Shown piece after piece: positions 26,680-32,000 of a stretch of 32,000 nt of DNA. Position numbers and translations under genes: made by a program. The stretch comes from Pseudothioglobus sp. nBUS_23 (lineage in GTDB: Bacteria > Pseudomonadota > Gammaproteobacteria > PS1 > Pseudothioglobaceae), in NCBI RefSeq assembly GCF_051201565.1, contig NZ_CP179200.1, forward strand, positions 480,001 to 512,000, written 5' to 3'. Position 1 is the stretch's first letter, and every line of letters begins with the position of its first letter. The notes below the pieces were generated by a model. It did no database searches. It was not told where the DNA came from and was given only the letters and a program-made list of their open reading frames with translations.

Positions 26680-27840
26680 TTATACACCATCAGGGCTAAA
26701 TCTCGGCATAACACGCTCAGAAAACAAAGTCATACTTTTGAGAATATTTTGATAGTCAAATCCAGGGAACTGTTGAAGCAGCATGATATGCTTAAGACCA
26801 ATCGACTCATTATATTTTTGAATTTTCTCTGCAACATAGTCAGCATCACCTACCCAGATGAGTTCATACTTCATTAGAAAATCAAACCACTCACCATTAA
26901 GGTCATCATCAGTCGGATTTGCATCATCATCAAGGTAAGCTTTGCGGGTCCAGCTCCCTTCTGGTCTCGAGCCACTCAGATACTCATAGTAACCATTGAT
27001 TGAATGTCTAACATCTTTATCAGCTTGCTCCATGGTTTCAGCTACATAGATTACTGTGCATACTCCCACACCGTCCCCTCTTTGATGGATAGTTCCATCA
27101 TGTGACTCTGCATCTGCATATGCATCCCAGCAGCTAACGAGTTTTCCCGGAGGGCTTGACATGCCTATCACCTTAAAACCTCTCTCAGATGCCAATTTAT
27201 AAGTATGTGGCGAGTTTGACATCAGCCATACTGGAGGATGAGGATTTTGATAAGGTCTTGGATGTATGTACATCCCTTTATATTCACCATCTTCAGAGTG
27301 GTACTCTTTTTCTAGAGGCATCAAAAAACGATTTGTTTCTTTCCAGCCTGGAACTGGGAATTCATAAAATTCTCCTTTATGAGTAAAAGGATCCTCAGTC
27401 CATGCCTTTAAAATAACTTCAAGCGACTCCATAAAAAGTCTATAACTTTTTTCATTATCACGGCGATCCGCCTCTTTATTGAATTGGAGTGTAACTCTCT
27501 CATTAATACCTTTAGCTACTCCAAAATCAACTCTACCTTCTGTCATATTGTCTAAAAGCGCGATATCCTCAGCAACTCTAAGAGGGTGCCAATCTGGCAA
27601 AACAATAGGAGCCTGACCAACACGAATTTTTTTTGAATGAGATGCCAAATCAAGAGACATCATTATGGGGTTGGGGGGAGCATTCAGATATCCATTATGA
27701 GCAAAGTGATGTTCTGTAAGCCAAACAGTTGTAAAGTCACCTTGTTCTGCAATTTGAGTTTGCTCACGCATCATTTTAACCACTCGTTCCCATGGGATAT
27801 TTTCACCGGGGTTGAAGAAGGGTACAAAATCAAATCTCAT
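26680..27840 (-). CDS. Luciferase-like (LLM class) flavin-dependent monooxygenase
   Basis: 386 aa. FTTVWLTEHHF...NP, GQAPIVLPDWHPLRVAEDIALLDNMTEGRVDFGVAKG parallels the LuxA/LimB-type LLM N-terminal half. No flavin reductase gene is adjacent. Confidence 0.85.
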   Translation of the reverse strand: MRFDFVPFFNPGENIPWERVVKMMREQTQIAEQGDFTTVWLTEHHFAHNGYLNAPPNPIMMSLDLASHSKKIRVGQAPIVLPDWHPLRVAEDIALLDNMTEGRVDFGVAKGINERVTLQFNKEADRRDNEKSYRLFMESLEVILKAWTEDPFTHKGEFYEFPVPGWKETNRFLMPLEKEYHSEDGEYKGMYIHPRPYQNPHPPVWLMSNSPHTYKLASERGFKVIGMSSPPGKLVSCWDAYADAESHDGTIHQRGDGVGVCTVIYVAETMEQADKDVRHSINGYYEYLSGSRPEGSWTRKAYLDDDANPTDDDLNGEWFDFLMKYELIWVGDADYVAEKIQKYNESIGLKHIMLLQQFPGFDYQNILKSMTLFSERVMPRFSPDGV

Positions 27841-27908
27841 ATGTTTTTTAAAAGTTAAAAGATAAAAATTTTAAATTATAAAATATTTAAATTTTTTTGA
27901 TCTATTAA

Positions 27909-29723
27909 TTAGTAATCACTAAGTCCATCAATAAGTGGTTTTAGGTAAGCCTCATATTTCTTCCATGCCTCAGAGCTCCCTTTATAAATTTTCTTTCTAA
28001 CTTGTGAATGACTTGCAGTTTTTACTGCACGAGTATTCTTGTGAAATTCTAGGCAATTATCATCCCATTTTAAATCACAAAAATTCAATAGATCTTTAGT
28101 TTCACTTTTTTGTTCATTAATGAGTTTTTCATAGTTAATTTCATAAATTTTATTTGGAAAAAGTTCATTCCAAGTATCCATTGTTTTGACATATAAGCTG
28201 TAAAAATTAACCAAATCATTCATGTCATAACCCCAGCTATTTCCTGTAACGCTGAAGTAATGCTTATATATTGACCAACAAATAGCTCTAGCATCTCTCG
28301 TAACATGGATTATTTTTGCCTCAGGAAAAGCCTTTAAAATTAGGCCAATGTATTCAAAATTTAATGGCATTTTGTCTGTAAAAAATTTTTCCGAAATACT
28401 GTATTTATCAAGCGAGTTCAAATACTCTGTTCCGATGGAAAGAATATTTTTATCAGTAAGATTCTCTGAACTACTTTGTAGAATTTTTTCTATAAAAGGG
28501 TTTGAAGCATTTTTAAAATTATTCATCTCACCAGCTCCAAAGACCTCTGAGTGACTTGATAAGATTTGCTCAACTAGCGAAGATCCTGATCTTGGCATTC
28601 CAACAATAAAAAGAGGTTTTTTGATTGAGTTTTTTTTGTCCAAAATATTTTTTGCAATAGATGGTGAGGCTTTTGCAATATCAATAATATTAGATTGTAT
28701 TTTTTTATAAGACTCAAAAGAGAAACCCAGCTCTTTTTTTTGGAGGTTGTTTCCTTCATTTAAATATTTAAAAAAATCTTTTTCTTTATTTAAATCTTGA
28801 TTGACTTTTGCAAGTGCGAAGCATAATTGGATTTTGTCTGAATTATTTGTTGAGTCAATCGAATACAGTTTTTCCATGATTTTAACTTGTGAGTCTCTTT
28901 CATCATATTTTTTTATTGAACTAATGTTTTTATGCGCTTCAGCATAATTAGAATTGATTTCAATAGCCTTAGAATAGCTTTCTAATGCGTTCTCTTGAAA
29001 GCCTAACATTTGAAACAAAATACCTAAGTTGTTATGAGCAAGTGCATATTTTGGATCAATAACTGTCGCTTTCTTAAATTGCTTCAATGCATCATCATAA
29101 TTCATTATTTCCTGATACGTAGCTCCAAGATTATTGAATGCTTCAGCATAATTTGGATTGTAGGCAACAGCCCATTCAAGACTTTTTATAGCGGACTCAT
29201 AGTCTCCATTATTCATTTCAATTAATCCAGCATTATTATGTGCCTGAGGATATGCATGTTTAATTGAAGTTGCTTTTTGATAGTTTTTTAAAGCTTTATC
29301 AGTTTGCTTAACCTTTTGGAGTGCAACGCCTAAATTATAATAAGCCTCAGCATAATCAGATTTCAACGTGATAGCTTTTTCAAAACAACTAATTGCATTA
29401 TCAACTGGACCAATTTGACTGTAACAAGCGCCAGCAAAATTAAATAATAGTGGCTGATGAGGATGTAATTCAATGAGAAGATTTATTGAATCTAAAGATT
29501 CCTTTACTAGGCCTGAAGAGTAGAGACGCATTGCATTGTCTAACTCTTTCTTTGAGGGACTCTTGCTCTTACTTTCTTCAAGTAAAAGTAGCCCTTTTTT
29601 TGCTTCTTGATTATCAGGAATAATAGATAAAACTGATCTATATAAGTCTCCAGCTTTCTTTAAATCACCCTTTTTAGTATTTTTTTTTGCACTAGATAAA
29701 ATTCTTTGTATTTTCAGGGACAT
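27909..29723 (-). CDS. TPR-repeat / sulfotransferase fusion protein (paralog 1)
   Basis: 604 aa. The N-terminal ~300 aa are tandem TPRs with recurring AEAxxNLG-type motifs (AEAYYNLG, PQAHNNAG, AEAFNNLG, ALAHNNLG, AEAHKNIS). The C-terminal ~230 aa carry the PAPS 5'-phosphosulfate loop FIVGMPRSGSSL and a 3'-phosphate-type motif, IIHVTRDARAICWS. Confidence 0.85.
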   Translation of the reverse strand: MSLKIQRILSSAKKNTKKGDLKKAGDLYRSVLSIIPDNQEAKKGLLLLEESKSKSPSKKELDNAMRLYSSGLVKESLDSINLLIELHPHQPLLFNFAGACYSQIGPVDNAISCFEKAITLKSDYAEAYYNLGVALQKVKQTDKALKNYQKATSIKHAYPQAHNNAGLIEMNNGDYESAIKSLEWAVAYNPNYAEAFNNLGATYQEIMNYDDALKQFKKATVIDPKYALAHNNLGILFQMLGFQENALESYSKAIEINSNYAEAHKNISSIKKYDERDSQVKIMEKLYSIDSTNNSDKIQLCFALAKVNQDLNKEKDFFKYLNEGNNLQKKELGFSFESYKKIQSNIIDIAKASPSIAKNILDKKNSIKKPLFIVGMPRSGSSLVEQILSSHSEVFGAGEMNNFKNASNPFIEKILQSSSENLTDKNILSIGTEYLNSLDKYSISEKFFTDKMPLNFEYIGLILKAFPEAKIIHVTRDARAICWSIYKHYFSVTGNSWGYDMNDLVNFYSLYVKTMDTWNELFPNKIYEINYEKLINEQKSETKDLLNFCDLKWDDNCLEFHKNTRAVKTASHSQVRKKIYKGSSEAWKKYEAYLKPLIDGLSDY

Positions 29724-29991
29724 TTGATATTATTTCTAGGTTAATGATAAGTAAAAGTTTTTTAAAAACTTGTTTATCTCATTATATTCAACTTTTTTTC
29801 AGTCTTAACAATTTATCTAATTTTATGATCATACTCACTTTAATTTATAAAAAGAGAGGCTTACAAAAAAAACCTAGTTTAAAATTAAAAATTTAGTGAT
29901 TATTAAAATTCATTTGTTTTGTTTAAACAATTTTTGTTCAATTTATTCATCCAAATTTTCAGAATGAATCATAAAAAAATCTATCTTGCTT
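29724..29991. promoter_or_regulatory. Extremely AT-rich divergent control region between TPR-sulfotransferase paralogs 1 and 2
   Basis: About 268 bp between divergent starts. It contains a 12-bp perfect palindrome, TTGTTTAAACAA (29919-29930). No clear consensus promoter could be assigned. Confidence 0.35.
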
Positions 29992-31653
29992 ATGAATAAT
30001 CTACAACCAAAAATCTCAAAAAGTGAAATTAATTTGGTTATGGATTTATATTCAACTGGCCAATTTAAGGAGGCAGTTGAAAAAATTAAAGAATTAAATA
30101 ACAAATTTCCAAATGTACCTATATTATTTAATTTAATTGGGGCATGTTACAAAGAATTAGGACACCTTGAGGGTTCAGCAAAGATGTTTGAAAATGCAAT
30201 AAACATTAAGCCACATTATGCTGAAGCACACTTCAATCTTGGAGCAGTACTAAAGATATTAAACAAAGATAATGAGTCAATTCAATCTTATAGGAATGCA
30301 ATAGCAATTAATCATAAATATCCCGATGCACTTAATAATCTTGGAAGAGCTTTACACGAACTTGGGGAGTATGATGAAGCAATTGATTTATTAGAGTGGG
30401 CTATCGCCTACAAACACGATTTTTCAGAAGCTCACAATAATCTTGGAAATGTCCTTAATGACATTGGAAAAGTAAGTGAAGCAATAGAAAGCTTTAAAAA
30501 AGCTATCACGCATAATCCAAATTATTCATCAGCATACTATAATCTTGCATCTGCTCATAAAGATATAGGCAATAAAAATGCCTACCTAAAATATATTGAA
30601 AAATCAGTTCAATTAAGGCCAAATTGGGGAGAGGCAAATTTCAATTTAAGTCAGGTTAAAGACTATTCCAATGGGGATCCTCACATCAAGAAAATGGAGT
30701 CATTGCTGAAAATAAATAACTTAGAATTAACGGATCAAATAGGTTTAAATTTTGCTCTAGCTCACGCCTATGATAAGCTTGGAAATCATGAAAAACAATT
30801 CAAATTCTTAAACGAAGCAAACAAACTGAGAAAACAAGAGGCAAATTATTCTTTTTCAATAGATAAAAATAGGTTTGCATTAGTTAAAGCTTTGTTTAAT
30901 TCAAGTCCAGTTAGCCTTGAAAAGTTAAAAACTAAATCAAAAGATAAGAGACCCATTTTCATTGTTGGCATGCCTCGATCTGGAACGTCTCTAGTTCATC
31001 AAATTATCGATAGTCATCAAAAAGTAAGTGGTTTAGGAGAGTTAACTATTTTGTCAAAAATAATTAACCAGTTTTTTAGACAACATGATTCTGATGATGT
31101 TATTTCTAATGAGGAGTTGCTTTTGATAAGAAACAACTATTTACAGTATATTTCTTCATTAAAGATAAATAATAATATTTTTATTGACAAAATGCCTTTA
31201 AATTTTCGGCATATTGGGTTTATTCTTGCAGCTTTTCCAGAAGCAAAGATTATTCACATGAAAAGAGATAGTATGGCTACTTGTTGGTCAATTTATAAGT
31301 ATTACTTTAATGGCAACCTATACTCTTATAATCAAAAAGATTTAGGGAAGTACTATAAATTATATGAGGACCTTATGAGGTATTGGGACAAAAAATTTCC
31401 AACAAAAATTTATAATATTTCATATGAAGATCTTACTCTCAATCAAGAGCAAGAAACTCGGAAGCTTATTGATTACTGTGGGCTAGATTGGGATGAAAAT
31501 TGTTTGAACTTTTATAAAAACAAAGGGGCTGTTAAAACAACTAGTGCTCTTCAAGTAAGACAGAAAATGTATCAGGGTAGTTCAGAAGTTTGGAAAAAAT
31601 ATGAAAACCACCTAGAGGATCTGATTACTGTATTAGATTATTACAAAAAATAA
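29992..31653 (+). CDS. TPR-repeat / sulfotransferase fusion protein (paralog 2)
   Basis: The track ORF begins at a TTG at 29986, but I prefer the ATG at 29992 (MNNLQPK...). TPR motifs AEAHFNLG, PDALNNLG, SEAHNNLG, SSAYYNLA and GEANFNLS. Sulfotransferase motifs FIVGMPRSGTSL and IIHMKRDSMATCWS. The C-terminal half is clearly alignable with paralog 1. Confidence 0.85.
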   Translation: MNNLQPKISKSEINLVMDLYSTGQFKEAVEKIKELNNKFPNVPILFNLIGACYKELGHLEGSAKMFENAINIKPHYAEAHFNLGAVLKILNKDNESIQSYRNAIAINHKYPDALNNLGRALHELGEYDEAIDLLEWAIAYKHDFSEAHNNLGNVLNDIGKVSEAIESFKKAITHNPNYSSAYYNLASAHKDIGNKNAYLKYIEKSVQLRPNWGEANFNLSQVKDYSNGDPHIKKMESLLKINNLELTDQIGLNFALAHAYDKLGNHEKQFKFLNEANKLRKQEANYSFSIDKNRFALVKALFNSSPVSLEKLKTKSKDKRPIFIVGMPRSGTSLVHQIIDSHQKVSGLGELTILSKIINQFFRQHDSDDVISNEELLLIRNNYLQYISSLKINNNIFIDKMPLNFRHIGFILAAFPEAKIIHMKRDSMATCWSIYKYYFNGNLYSYNQKDLGKYYKLYEDLMRYWDKKFPTKIYNISYEDLTLNQEQETRKLIDYCGLDWDENCLNFYKNKGAVKTTSALQVRQKMYQGSSEVWKKYENHLEDLITVLDYYKK

Positions 31654-31654
31654 T

Positions 31655-32000
31655 ATGAATAAGATAAAACCATCCAAAATTGAAATTGACTCTATCATTA
31701 ATCTTTTTTCTAATGGGGATTTAGAAAAATGTCTAGAGACTATTGCAATTTTAATCAAAGACTATCCCGAAGAGTCTTTGTTATTTAATATTCAGGGTGC
31801 CTGTTATGCTGCTTTAGGGCAGTCTGATAATTCAGTGAAATCGTATAAAACTGCAATCACTTTAAAGCCAGATTATGCTAAAGCCCATTATAATTTGGGC
31901 GGCATTTTGCATGAAATTGGAAATTTAGATAAATCAGTTCATTCATACGAAAGCGCTCTCAGTATTGAGCCAGACTATGCAGAAGCCCACAACAATCTTG
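31655..32000 (+). CDS. TPR-repeat protein, 5' fragment (likely a third TPR-sulfotransferase paralog; 3' end outside window)
   Basis: Absent from the ORF track because it has no stop in the window. The ATG at 31655 is 1 nt after the paralog-2 stop. My hand translation is open to the window end: MNKIKPSKIEIDSIINLFSNGDLEKCLE...LLFNIQGACYAALGQ...DYAKAHYNLGGIL...PDYAEAHNNL. It has the same N-terminal layout as paralogs 1 and 2. Confidence 0.8.
   Translation, partial: MNKIKPSKIEIDSIINLFSNGDLEKCLETIAILIKDYPEESLLFNIQGACYAALGQSDNSVKSYKTAITLKPDYAKAHYNLGGILHEIGNLDKSVHSYESALSIEPDYAEAHNNL

Noticed and set aside
29964-29999. An 11-codon upstream ORF (MNHKKIYLAYE) overlapping the start of TPR-sulfotransferase paralog 2. 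A 23-codon ORF (MIILTLIYKKRGLQKKPSLKLKI) sits earlier in the same intergenic region.
   Set aside because: No RBS, very AT-rich context where short ORFs arise by chance, and no recognisable peptide features. There is insufficient support to call them leader or substrate peptides, though they would be worth a look if the sulfation hypothesis is pursued.
21212-32000. The region downstream of the tRNA cluster as a tRNA-integrated genomic island.
   Set aside because: I saw no integrase, excisionase, transposase or phage gene, and no direct repeat of a tRNA 3' end downstream within the window. The right boundary, if any, lies outside the window. The idea is untestable here and not supported.
27841-32000. 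An apparent drop in G+C over the TPR-sulfotransferase region, suggesting foreign origin.
   Set aside because: Hand counts of single 60-nt lines gave 12/60 (28741-28800), 17/60 (30001-30060) and 21/60 (31201-31260) G+C here. The comparison lines were 31/60 (22141-22200, mcl) and 33/60 (23401-23460, mtkA). However, housekeeping uvrD also gave 20/60 (17041-17100). G+C seems to track protein conservation and K/N/I/Y content across the window, so a compositional-island claim needs a proper sliding-window and codon-usage analysis.

Overview
The window looks like a very compact, AT-rich chromosomal segment from a Gammaproteobacteria-like organism. UvrD, MraY, ArsC, YfhL and GstB-like products align closely by eye with my recollection of the E. 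coli proteins. A streamlined marine lineage is only a guess. About 35 CDSs and 3 tRNAs fill almost all the sequence, with many 1-11 nt gaps or overlaps. I saw no CRISPR array, transposase, integrase, phage gene or rRNA. Left to right: gyrA 3' end; a quaternary-amine ABC importer (proX-like, proW-like with a huge N-terminal extension, proV-like); a minus-strand operon of dual PPIase, mraY, dcd and prfC; yfhL ferredoxin; a glycolate/glyoxylate module (class-V aminotransferase divergent from glcD, a short glcE, and glcF) running into rlmD; rhodanese; uvrD; tlpA-like and arsC head to head; MBL hydrolase, nadD, rsfS, rlmH; a tRNA-Ala plus two tRNA-Glu cluster; mcl-mtkA-mtkB (malyl-CoA lyase and malate thiokinase). 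The right-hand accessory-looking part holds a four-gene operon (luciferase-like monooxygenase, GST, SnoaL/NTF2-like, alpha/beta hydrolase) and at least three clustered paralogous TPR-sulfotransferase fusion genes, the last cut by the window edge. The best candidates for undescribed biology are the OGT-like TPR-sulfotransferase array, the orphan LLM-GST-SnoaL-hydrolase operon, the ProW N-terminal domain, and glcDEF, aminotransferase and mcl-mtkAB acting together as a possible glycolate assimilation route. All functional calls rest on by-eye motif and homology recognition. No searches were run.
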